64,000 nt of DNA, taken from positions 186,001 to 250,000 of IMG/VR virus record IMGVR_UViG_3300028666_000022; one strand, 5' to 3'. Shown piece by piece: positions 38,241 to 47,391 of this stretch. The notes beneath the pieces are model-generated. The model was not told where the DNA came from. It made no database searches and was given only the letters and a program-made list of their open reading frames with translations. The position numbers were made by a program, and so were the translations under genes. Within the stretch, counting starts at the first letter, position 1. Every line of letters begins with the position of its first letter.

Positions 38241-39317
38241 CTATATTTTTCCTAACAAAACATTAATTATTATGTCTGAAACATTTTCAATCAAATAACC
38301 ATCGGGTACAATCCATTTATTTTTTCTTTTATTTATTATATTATATGCTTCAATAATATTTTCTGTTTTCGTACCACACAATATACTTGAACCGCATTCA
38401 ATTAATTCTTGTCTTTCAGTATATTCTCTAATTACTAATGATGGTATGCCAAAAATACATCCCTCTTCTGGTGTGGTTCCCGAATCACTTATTATACATT
38501 TAGCGTTTCTTTCTAATTTAACAAAGTCAAAGAATCCAAACGGTTCAGAAACAATAATATCTTCATTTAATTTTATGTTAAATAATTTAAGTTTATTTCT
38601 AGTTCTAGGATGTATCGAAAATACTATTTTTTCTTTACTATCTTTATCTATAATATTAATTGCATTTATGATATTTCTTAATGTTTCTTCATTATCTACA
38701 TTTTCAGAACGGTGTGCAGTAACCAAAACATATTCATTTGAATAAAGATTTAATTTTTTTAAAATATCACTATTACTAATATCAAAACTATAATTTTCTA
38801 ATACTTCAAATATTGGATTGCCTGTTTTAAACACATTATTTTTACTAAATCCAATATCTAAAAGATTTTGTTTACTATTTTCGATATAAGGAAGATTATA
38901 CGTTGATACATTATCAATTATTCTCCTATTCATTTCTTCTGGAACTCTATTATCAAAAGCTCTATTACCTGCTTCCATGTGATATACTGGAATTTTATGT
39001 TTTGCAGCAACAATAGCAAGCAATGCTGAATTAGTATCTCCAAGAATTAATATTTTGTCTGGTTTTTCTTTTATTAATATTTTTTCAAATTCAATAATAG
39101 CATTTCCTAAAAAATCTCCAAATGATTTACTCTCGTGTTCAAAATAATAATCTGGTTTTCTAATTCTTAGTTCATTGAAAAATATTTTACTTAAATTATA
39201 ATCAAAATTTTGATTAGTATAAACCAAAACATGATCAACCAGTTTGTTTAATTTTTCTACTATTACTGATAAACGTATGATTTCTGGTCGAGTACCAATT
39301 AATGTTAATATTTTCAA
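38241..39317 (-). CDS. Non-hydrolysing UDP-HexNAc 2-epimerase (FnlC/WbjD-like), TTG start
   Basis: GTRPEIIR, LGDTNS, HMEAGNRAFD, TGNP, TAHRSEN, HPR, SDSGT, RQE. Confidence 0.88.
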   Translation of the reverse strand: MKILTLIGTRPEIIRLSVIVEKLNKLVDHVLVYTNQNFDYNLSKIFFNELRIRKPDYYFEHESKSFGDFLGNAIIEFEKILIKEKPDKILILGDTNSALLAIVAAKHKIPVYHMEAGNRAFDNRVPEEMNRRIIDNVSTYNLPYIENSKQNLLDIGFSKNNVFKTGNPIFEVLENYSFDISNSDILKKLNLYSNEYVLVTAHRSENVDNEETLRNIINAINIIDKDSKEKIVFSIHPRTRNKLKLFNIKLNEDIIVSEPFGFFDFVKLERNAKCIISDSGTTPEEGCIFGIPSLVIREYTERQELIECGSSILCGTKTENIIEAYNIINKRKNKWIVPDGYLIENVSDIIINVLLGKI

Positions 39318-39339
39318 AATATTTTAAATTTTATTATAT

Positions 39340-41256
39340 TTATTTTTTATTTACTTCGTAATCAGTTTCTAATGTAGTGACTCCATAATATAATAATCTA
39401 TTTTTATTACGTAACTCATCAAGATTAGGCATTGAATAAAATGCTCTTGGATGATATTGATGTACAACTGAAATATCATCAGAAATACTTAAATTTAACC
39501 CCAATCTTTTTATTCTTAATAAGAATTCATTATCATCATATTCAATTCCCTTTGCATATCTTTCATCAAAACCACCTAATTTTTTCATGTTTTTTCTAGT
39601 CATTGCTGAACAAAAATGATAATAACATGGTCTATGTTTTGAATGATTATACCAACCAACATCATTTGTTATTCCTTGTGGCAATGTTTTTAATAAATTA
39701 GGAATTGTATTATTTTCACAATATTTATATAATTCATTTGTTAATTTTTCATCTAATGAAAATGTTGACATAGTAATATACTTAGTATCATCAATATTTT
39801 TATTAACATAACTAAGTACATCATGAACATGTAAACATTCAGGATTTTGAATTATAATTATATCCCCAACAGCAGCTCGTATTCCAACATTAAATGGTAC
39901 ACAAGGATTGACATACCATTTATCTTCTTTTTCTAATCTAATTATCTTTAAAAATGAAAATTCTTCAAGATATTCTTCTAATCTATGTTCTGGTGAACTA
40001 CAATCATCAACAACAATTAATTCAAAATTTTTAAATTCTGATTTTTCGATAGATTTAAGTGTTTCAAAAAACTGCTTCTTTCTATCGAAATAAGATGTGA
40101 TAATCGATATTTTTGGTTTTTGGTTTTTAATTAAAATACAACCATTTTTATCTGTTTTTGTTTTAATTACTTCGTTAGCAATTTTAGAAAATGTTGTTTT
40201 ATATTCATTATGATTATTTTCATTTAAAATATTATTATATTTTTGTGATGTAGCATGTCCACCATACCAATGATAACCAATAGAATTTAAATTAAATTCA
40301 TTAATACCTAATGATCTACTAAAACTATAATCAACTTTAGTCCAATCTAAACCATATAATAATGTTGTCGATAAATTATAAAACTTTAAATTAGAATATT
40401 TTGAAATTATTTTATTATATATTTGAGTAAAAGGGCTATGACCAAATTTTTTATAAATTAAATGAACACCCATCGATTGATAATCACTTTCATTATAATT
40501 ATTTACACCAAATTCAAATAATTTTTTATAATATTCATTATTAATTGATGCGCCTAAAAATCCTATAGTTAACCACCAAACCTTATAATCTGTTTTAGAT
40601 TGATATTCATGGATTATTGTATCATAACCACCATCAACAATTTTATTATAAAAATCATCTATCGGTCTAAAAAACAACACGTCCATATCACAATAAAATC
40701 CACCACCAACGAATAATTGATAATATCTAAATAAATCGCTTTCGTGTACTGGTGATATATTTTTTAATTTATCTTGTACTTCTTTGGGAAACTCAACCAT
40801 TTCTATTTTAATATTTAATTCTTTAAGTTTACTAAAATAACTACTACCAGTATACATATAATAATCTTGTTCATCTGTTCCTTTCCATGCTTTATCTTTT
40901 ACATTATTATTTGATACAAATAAAGTAATATCCCAATCTGGATTCATTTTTCTAAATGAAAATATTGTCATATATCTCATCCAAGATAAATCACAACCAC
41001 TCCAATAAAAAAATATTTTTTTTGGTATTTTTCTCGATAAAGAAAAAGTATTAACTTTTTTTATTTCAATAATTTCTTTTTGTTCTATATTTGCTGATAT
41101 AACAGGAGCTTTAGGTTTACCGTATATTCTTAATTTATCTGCTTCATCCATTTTTTTATTCTCTTTTTTATCAATAAAAATTCCTTGCTTATTTCTAAAT
41201 TCTATATTTTTTTTTATTTGATTTTTTAAATTAAACCTTTCTTTTTTTACTCCCAT
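39340..41256 (-). CDS. Fused glycosyltransferase (GT32/DXD-type plus GT2)
   Basis: IPKKIFFYW, SDLFRY, GGFYCDMD; then ISIITS, IVVDDCS, LGGFDE, YDDNEF, VHQYH. Confidence 0.85.
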   Translation of the reverse strand: MGVKKERFNLKNQIKKNIEFRNKQGIFIDKKENKKMDEADKLRIYGKPKAPVISANIEQKEIIEIKKVNTFSLSRKIPKKIFFYWSGCDLSWMRYMTIFSFRKMNPDWDITLFVSNNNVKDKAWKGTDEQDYYMYTGSSYFSKLKELNIKIEMVEFPKEVQDKLKNISPVHESDLFRYYQLFVGGGFYCDMDVLFFRPIDDFYNKIVDGGYDTIIHEYQSKTDYKVWWLTIGFLGASINNEYYKKLFEFGVNNYNESDYQSMGVHLIYKKFGHSPFTQIYNKIISKYSNLKFYNLSTTLLYGLDWTKVDYSFSRSLGINEFNLNSIGYHWYGGHATSQKYNNILNENNHNEYKTTFSKIANEVIKTKTDKNGCILIKNQKPKISIITSYFDRKKQFFETLKSIEKSEFKNFELIVVDDCSSPEHRLEEYLEEFSFLKIIRLEKEDKWYVNPCVPFNVGIRAAVGDIIIIQNPECLHVHDVLSYVNKNIDDTKYITMSTFSLDEKLTNELYKYCENNTIPNLLKTLPQGITNDVGWYNHSKHRPCYYHFCSAMTRKNMKKLGGFDERYAKGIEYDDNEFLLRIKRLGLNLSISDDISVVHQYHPRAFYSMPNLDELRNKNRLLYYGVTTLETDYEVNKK

Positions 41257-42869
41257 GTCTCATTTATAACATTTTCATATAATTCTAATATTTTTTTAGT
41301 TGAATAATTACTATGATATTTTATAACATCTTTTGGAACTTCTTGTAATTCTTTACTTAAAATATTACCCTCTTTATCTACACTATAAATAATTCCGGGT
41401 TTTCCACATAAAAATCCTTCTATTGTTGTTCGACCTTTAAATATTCCTGCAGTATAATCACATTTTTTTAAATAATCTTCAACGTTTGATTTAACTCCCA
41501 AATATTTTACGTGTTGATTATTTAAATCAAGTAATTCATTAATGTAATCATTATTATCTGCACCGATAATCCAAAGTTCTTGATTATTTTCTTTTGTTGT
41601 TTGAATCAAATCTATTATAATATTTTTTCTCAAATGATCTAATGTTCCTATAAATAGTACTACTTCTTTTTCATTTTTTATTTGTTTATACTTAGTATTA
41701 AACCTATTAGAATCAAACGGATTATCTATTTCAACAATATTTTCTTCATCAATACCAAAATTTTTAATATAATTAGTAATTGATTCTCTAATTGAAATAT
41801 ATTTTTTTATTGTTGGATTAATAATTGGTTCTTCAAATACTGGAATAACTTCACTTCTTACATGCATAACTGCAGGAGTATTTGGTATTAATTGTAATAT
41901 TAACTCACCAATAGGTTTATGATTAATATGTATTATATCAAATTCAACTTCATTTTTAATAAAATTAAATCTACCTTCTTGATCTAAAATATAATTAGGT
42001 AAATTTGCATATGAATATACTTTAACACCATTTTTTCTTGCTTTATCATATAAAGGATTACCAACAACAGATGATATAATTGTAACATCACACCCTAATT
42101 TAACTAATTCTTTTGATAACTCATAGTTTGAAACTTCTGAACCAGTATAATTTTTAAAAAATTGACAACAAATTAATACTCTTAACTTATCTTCAGAAAC
42201 ATGTCTTATTGGTAAATCATATTCTTTTACAAATTTTTGTCTATTCTCTTCCCAACTTTGATTAGTTATTCCAATAGATTTATGTAAAACTCTTATTGAG
42301 GTAATTACTCCTATGTTATTGTTACTCAGATAGTTATCTACTACGAAGGAATGATCATAATAGTGGTACTTACCATAATTTTCATTAAATTTATTCGTAA
42401 TTTTATTACAATCAACAGCCATAAATAATCCATCAATTGTTACAACTGGTTTTATTCCTTTATATTCATTTGAATATTCACTTACCCAAGTATTAATACC
42501 ATCTGAATGTTCTACCACCCCCACCATTTTACTGCGATCGCTCCAAAATACAGCACTATCACTCATAAACGTACTACCTGCAACACCTAATATAGAATAA
42601 TCACTATTATTAAAATAATTTAATAATATTTTACCCCAATTATTTGTTTTTATAATTATATCGTTATGACAAAATACCATTATAGAATTTTCAGTATTAT
42701 GTTCTTCAATAGCTTTATTATAAATTTCAGATAGTGAATATTGATTATAGTTAGTATAACATATTACTTTATGTTTTACACCAACAGTACTATCTATGTG
42801 TTTAATAAATTTTTGATTCTCATCATCAGAAAGATGCGAGGAAAATACGACAACTATATTATTCTTCAT
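41247..42869 (-). CDS. Fused glycosyltransferase (GT-A domain plus GT4-like domain)
   Basis: LSEIYN, VFCHNDI, LGVAG, IDGLFMA, YHYYD; then TGSE, NPFD, LFIG, GRTTIEG. Confidence 0.8.
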   Translation of the reverse strand: MKNNIVVVFSSHLSDDENQKFIKHIDSTVGVKHKVICYTNYNQYSLSEIYNKAIEEHNTENSIMVFCHNDIIIKTNNWGKILLNYFNNSDYSILGVAGSTFMSDSAVFWSDRSKMVGVVEHSDGINTWVSEYSNEYKGIKPVVTIDGLFMAVDCNKITNKFNENYGKYHYYDHSFVVDNYLSNNNIGVITSIRVLHKSIGITNQSWEENRQKFVKEYDLPIRHVSEDKLRVLICCQFFKNYTGSEVSNYELSKELVKLGCDVTIISSVVGNPLYDKARKNGVKVYSYANLPNYILDQEGRFNFIKNEVEFDIIHINHKPIGELILQLIPNTPAVMHVRSEVIPVFEEPIINPTIKKYISIRESITNYIKNFGIDEENIVEIDNPFDSNRFNTKYKQIKNEKEVVLFIGTLDHLRKNIIIDLIQTTKENNQELWIIGADNNDYINELLDLNNQHVKYLGVKSNVEDYLKKCDYTAGIFKGRTTIEGFLCGKPGIIYSVDKEGNILSKELQEVPKDVIKYHSNYSTKKILELYENVINETWE

Positions 42870-42891
42870 TATTAATTTAATTTACCAAAAG

Positions 42892-42922
42892 CAAATGTAA
42901 TTAAATTAATTTAATATTGCAA
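42892..42922 (-). promoter_or_regulatory. Bacteroidota-type promoter heading the glycan cluster (TTG-N20-TACATTTG)
   Basis: CAAATGTA at 42892-42899 and CAA at 42920-42922 on + strand, intergenic. Confidence 0.45.
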
Positions 42923-42925
42923 GAA

Positions 42926-43240
42926 TTAATTTTTTTTAAATGCAGTTAAAGCTGTTTCGTAATCTGCTTTTGCTTTTGATAAAGGAAATGGAATTCTAAT
43001 AACTTTTTGATTTGGGATATCAAATTCGCTAACATATTGATTATTACTTAATAAAATTAAAAAATCGTAAAATGGACTACCATAATATTTTTGTGATAAT
43101 TTATCTAATCTACTAAATTCAGTGTTCCATGTTTCATACTTATCACTTGAATTAACAGGTAAATTAACAAATGGCATCATGTCTATTGTTCCATCATTGT
43201 TTCTTAATATTGAATATCTATCGTAATCATTTTGCTGCAT
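42926..43240 (-). CDS. Baseplate wedge / LysM-like tail protein (gp53-like)
   Basis: RLDKLSQKYYG...LILLSN...DIP...IRIP pattern; located among tail genes. Confidence 0.7.
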   Translation of the reverse strand: MQQNDYDRYSILRNNDGTIDMMPFVNLPVNSSDKYETWNTEFSRLDKLSQKYYGSPFYDFLILLSNNQYVSEFDIPNQKVIRIPFPLSKAKADYETALTAFKKN

Positions 43241-43296
43241 AATGTACTTTATTTTAATATATTATATCACTTTATTTAAAGTATTATTACAATTAT

Positions 43297-46200
43297 TTAT
43301 CTAACATTAGTTAAAGCTTTTGTTAAGTTATTCTGTTCTACTGTTAAAATATTACTCATATATGCTTCTTGTTTATCTGCCTCAGTAGAAGGACGATAAT
43401 ACATACCATCTTTACTAAAAGTTGAATTAGCATATTGATTAAAAGTAACTGCATTCTGAAGTGCATCAATTGGTCCTTTTAATGATTGACCACCTAAAAC
43501 CTTCATTTGTAGGGTTATTTTGGCACTCATATATTGTACACCAAAATTTTCGGGATTAGTATCTAAAATTGCGTCACTATAATCAATAGTTAAATTTTCA
43601 ATAATAACTTTAGTATAGAATTGATCACCAATTCTTAAAACACATATTGGTTGACGGCCAAATACAGAATTTCTAGCAGTTAAATTACCTTGTGAATCAA
43701 CAGTATCAAATCTTTTAGCAGAACCTTGTCTCATACATTGATGTAAAAATGTTAATCTTCTATGAAAATCTTCTGGTGTTTGACTATGAAAAACAGGGTA
43801 AAAATAATTACCAGAGATCGATTTAAATCCTTTGAGAATACCACCATCATTTGAACCGTTTTCTAAATCTACTGTTCTTTCTTTAAAAACATTTTCACTG
43901 GCCTTATTACTGTTTTGTTTTTTACTTATATTATCAGCAGCAGCATTATCTTTTTTTAAATTTTGAACTGCTTGAGTATCTGTTGTTGTTAATGGTTGTA
44001 CTTTTTTATCAACAGCAACATTATTTCTAATTACTTTAATTTCGGCATATCTTTCAAAGATAACAGCAGGATCTTCATTTTCTAAAGCTAAATTTCTATT
44101 TTCAGCAGTAGTACTTCCAATAGAACTATATGTAATATTAATACCTAATTTATCTGGTGTATTAGCAAATATTGCTTTTATTCTTTCAGTAACAAAAATT
44201 TGAGCTACTTGTGCTCTTCTTATTCCTAAAGATTGATTATTAACATCAGTACCACTTTTAGAAGCAGCACCAGTGATTATAATATCATAATATTTTCTAT
44301 TAACTTCATTACTATAAACATTTCTTAATATATTATTTAATGGACAATCTCCATTAAGATTATATTGTGAAAAATTAGGTGGCAATAATGATAAATTTAA
44401 ATGTAAATTATTATCTGGAGCACTTCCTGTTAATCCAGTAACTATATACACACTACTATTAAAACCATTACCTTTAATTTTAGTTGATTCAAAACATCCA
44501 TCATCTATTTCATAAGCCATTGTTTTATACAAATAATCAATAACTGTTGTTAAATTATCTTTTTGTGTTGGATAATCATTCGGAAAATACATTTTAATTG
44601 ACTGAGGTGATAATACATCGGGTTCTGCCATATCAACTGGTCCAGTTATTATTTCTTGTTTTTTATTATTTCCGTCCTGTATTTTATTTGGATTAACAGT
44701 AGGTGGTGTAATTGGATTATATGATTCACCCCCAAATGCAAAAAATTCCGAAATTAATCTATGTTTATCAGTACCTTGATATAATTGATTTTTTAAATTC
44801 ATTGGATAGTCAACAATTAAAGAAAAACTAACTGTCGCACTTCTTTCACTATACATGTAACTATACATTGGTTCATTTCTACCAACCATAACAGTAGGTT
44901 CAAATTTAGCAGATTCACTTTCATTTACTTCCATATTATATGGAGGAAACCACATTAATCTACCATTAAATTGTCCTACTTCACTAATTGGAATTGTTGA
45001 ACCATATTCATCATCAATAATACCAACACCATCACTACCAATAACTCTAACAGCAAGATTTTCAATACTAAACATTAAATTTTTACTATTAACTTTACCT
45101 TCTTTATCTAAAGTAGGATGAATTCTAGGTATAACACTATTATATGTTACTGAATCAGGATTTCCACCATAAACTTGATTTCCATTAAATCTAATTGCTT
45201 TAGCAAATCTATCGTATTGATCTAACATTGAATGTTGTCTAATACCAGTTTTTCCAGCAGTTCCATTTTTTTGAGAATATGTACTATTACTAGCAGCCCA
45301 CATTGCTGAACCATTAAAACCAATTACATTTTGTCCTTTTTTAAATGCTTTTCTTGTAATATCAACAACACCACCTTCACTTGCATTTAATAAATTTCTA
45401 GTATATTCTAATAATCCAGAATATACATTAAATCTAGTTAAATCAGGAGTTAAATTATTTACTTCTTTTTGAACATTTAAACTATTACCACGTGAATCAG
45501 CAATATTTTTATTTGCATTTGAAGATATACCATCTCTACCCCAAACTATTTTATTATGAATATCATCATTTTCATCACTAGTACTAATCCAACTATTTTC
45601 TATTTGACTTATTTGAAATTCATCTTTTTTTACTGTTTCTCCAAAATTATACTTAACAAAATTATAATCTGGTGCATATTCTTGTGTTGTATTAGGATAT
45701 TGAGGATTAGTTCTATTCATAGAAATAACCATATCTCCATTAGCATCATTAATTGATCCTTGTTTTGATTGAGTACTACTATATGGATTTAAATTAAAAA
45801 AACTATAATAATTTTTAAATTTATTAAGTGGATTAGCAAATGAACCAATAATATTATTTCTTTTAGTTAATGGCATTTCAACATCAACACTAGATTGATT
45901 TAATACTGAATCATTATTAGAACTAATACCAAAATAATTTGAAGTACTAAATCCTTCTTTATATAAATTTTGATTAAGTGCTTGATATAAAAATGTTAAT
46001 TGTCCACTACCACTATTTTTTATAAAATCAGCATTAGTTGATGTTTTAGTAAATGGATAATTTTGTTCTGGATTAGCAAATACTATAGCATTTAGAAATT
46101 GTTGAAATGTAGATATACTATTAGGTTTAGTTATTTTATAATCTATATTTTTATTAAAAACGTGAGTATTTTTACTTCCATCAAATAAATTAGCTAATTT

Positions 46201-46563
46201 AATAGTTGGTAACGTTTGTTGAGAAATATGTGAAGTAGCATTATAAGCTAATTGTGTACCTAACATTGCTAATCCAATTTGAGCAAGTGGTGTATTTGGA
46301 GTACTTACTAATCTACCTATAACAGTATTATTCAAATCAAATGCTTTGAATGGCATAATTAGACTAGTAACACTATTAACTGAATTTATTATATTTTGAG
46401 ATTTAGTTTCTTCAGTTAATGGATATATTCTATTTGAATCATATAAATTCCTAGATAATAGTTTTTTTCTAAAATTATTATTTTCAATTAATAATCTTGA
46501 TGGACTTATATTAACATTATCTATTGACGTTGAAGTATTATTAATTGGTTTACTACCAGCCAT
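43297..46563 (-). CDS. Large baseplate hub / tail-initiator-like protein with embedded OmpA-like domain
   Basis: MWFPPY...VGRNEPMYSY...ERSATVSF and FGRQPICVLRIGD segments flanking ITGAAS...NNQSLGIRRA...RYAEI; downstream of tape measure. Confidence 0.6.
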   Translation of the reverse strand: MAGSKPINNTSTSIDNVNISPSRLLIENNNFRKKLLSRNLYDSNRIYPLTEETKSQNIINSVNSVTSLIMPFKAFDLNNTVIGRLVSTPNTPLAQIGLAMLGTQLAYNATSHISQQTLPTIKLANLFDGSKNTHVFNKNIDYKITKPNSISTFQQFLNAIVFANPEQNYPFTKTSTNADFIKNSGSGQLTFLYQALNQNLYKEGFSTSNYFGISSNNDSVLNQSSVDVEMPLTKRNNIIGSFANPLNKFKNYYSFFNLNPYSSTQSKQGSINDANGDMVISMNRTNPQYPNTTQEYAPDYNFVKYNFGETVKKDEFQISQIENSWISTSDENDDIHNKIVWGRDGISSNANKNIADSRGNSLNVQKEVNNLTPDLTRFNVYSGLLEYTRNLLNASEGGVVDITRKAFKKGQNVIGFNGSAMWAASNSTYSQKNGTAGKTGIRQHSMLDQYDRFAKAIRFNGNQVYGGNPDSVTYNSVIPRIHPTLDKEGKVNSKNLMFSIENLAVRVIGSDGVGIIDDEYGSTIPISEVGQFNGRLMWFPPYNMEVNESESAKFEPTVMVGRNEPMYSYMYSERSATVSFSLIVDYPMNLKNQLYQGTDKHRLISEFFAFGGESYNPITPPTVNPNKIQDGNNKKQEIITGPVDMAEPDVLSPQSIKMYFPNDYPTQKDNLTTVIDYLYKTMAYEIDDGCFESTKIKGNGFNSSVYIVTGLTGSAPDNNLHLNLSLLPPNFSQYNLNGDCPLNNILRNVYSNEVNRKYYDIIITGAASKSGTDVNNQSLGIRRAQVAQIFVTERIKAIFANTPDKLGINITYSSIGSTTAENRNLALENEDPAVIFERYAEIKVIRNNVAVDKKVQPLTTTDTQAVQNLKKDNAAADNISKKQNSNKASENVFKERTVDLENGSNDGGILKGFKSISGNYFYPVFHSQTPEDFHRRLTFLHQCMRQGSAKRFDTVDSQGNLTARNSVFGRQPICVLRIGDQFYTKVIIENLTIDYSDAILDTNPENFGVQYMSAKITLQMKVLGGQSLKGPIDALQNAVTFNQYANSTFSKDGMYYRPSTEADKQEAYMSNILTVEQNNLTKALTNVR

Positions 46564-47391
46564 TGAATTTATTTTTTATAAATACTTGCTTATTAATTTT
46601 GATTGTTGTAGTTTTACCTTGGGATATTATATACTTGGCTTAAAATACTTATATATCTATATTTCAATCTCTTAATGTTGAGGGTGATATTAAGGTTTTC
46701 TTAATAAGAATTAAAGAAAGATCTTAATTTAAGTAATTCTTCTTAAATTAAGAAGAAAAATATTTGGGTATAAATATAGTATGATTTTAAATGAAAAATA
46801 TTCAAACCAGAATTTATTCAAAATAATTATATATCTTTGTTTTTAAAACTGAATTTCAAAAAGAAATGAATATAATATCCCCTTACTGTCGAGTTTTTAT
46901 TAAATTAATTAATTTAATCACAAACATTGTAAATTCGTTTTTGCTTTGTAAAAGCGAGAAAGAGTTTTGTTTATATATTTATCTTTCGTAAGAAAAGATT
47001 CGTTTGAAAGTAAAAAACTTGTCGAAGTTACAAGAAATAATTTACATTTCAAAGTACTAACTTAAATTTTCGTCAAAAATATTTAAGTTATTTTCTAAGT
47101 ACTTAATAATCAATAAAAATATTTTTAAATTTTTTTAAAAAATATGCTAGTAATTTTCTAATTAAGAAGAAGTTTTAATAAAATATGGTTTTGAAAATCG
47201 GGAATATTAATTTTATACTTCAATAAAATCTAATTATATTTAAATATTTACTTTAAATACGATCTCATATAATTCTATTACTTAATTATTTATATACGTT
47301 CACTTAAAGTAAAGTGATTCTTTAAATAGAATATAATAAGTATTTAATTTAGAAAAGATTATAATGTTTTATTTAAAGTAAAACTTTAACG
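46564..47391. other. ~830-bp AT-rich non-coding region with multiple hairpins
   Basis: No ORF >=60 aa on either strand; several inverted repeats. Confidence 0.7.
46577..46585 (-). promoter_or_regulatory. Candidate late promoter GTATTTATA
   Basis: 13 nt upstream of ATG 46563. Confidence 0.55.

Noticed and set aside
20153-42869. Bacterial O-antigen/capsule locus (host contamination or prophage boundary)
   Set aside because: Same strand, composition and packing as flanking phage genes, interleaved with phage-type small ORFs and a nuclease, and lacking Wzx/Wzy/export genes.
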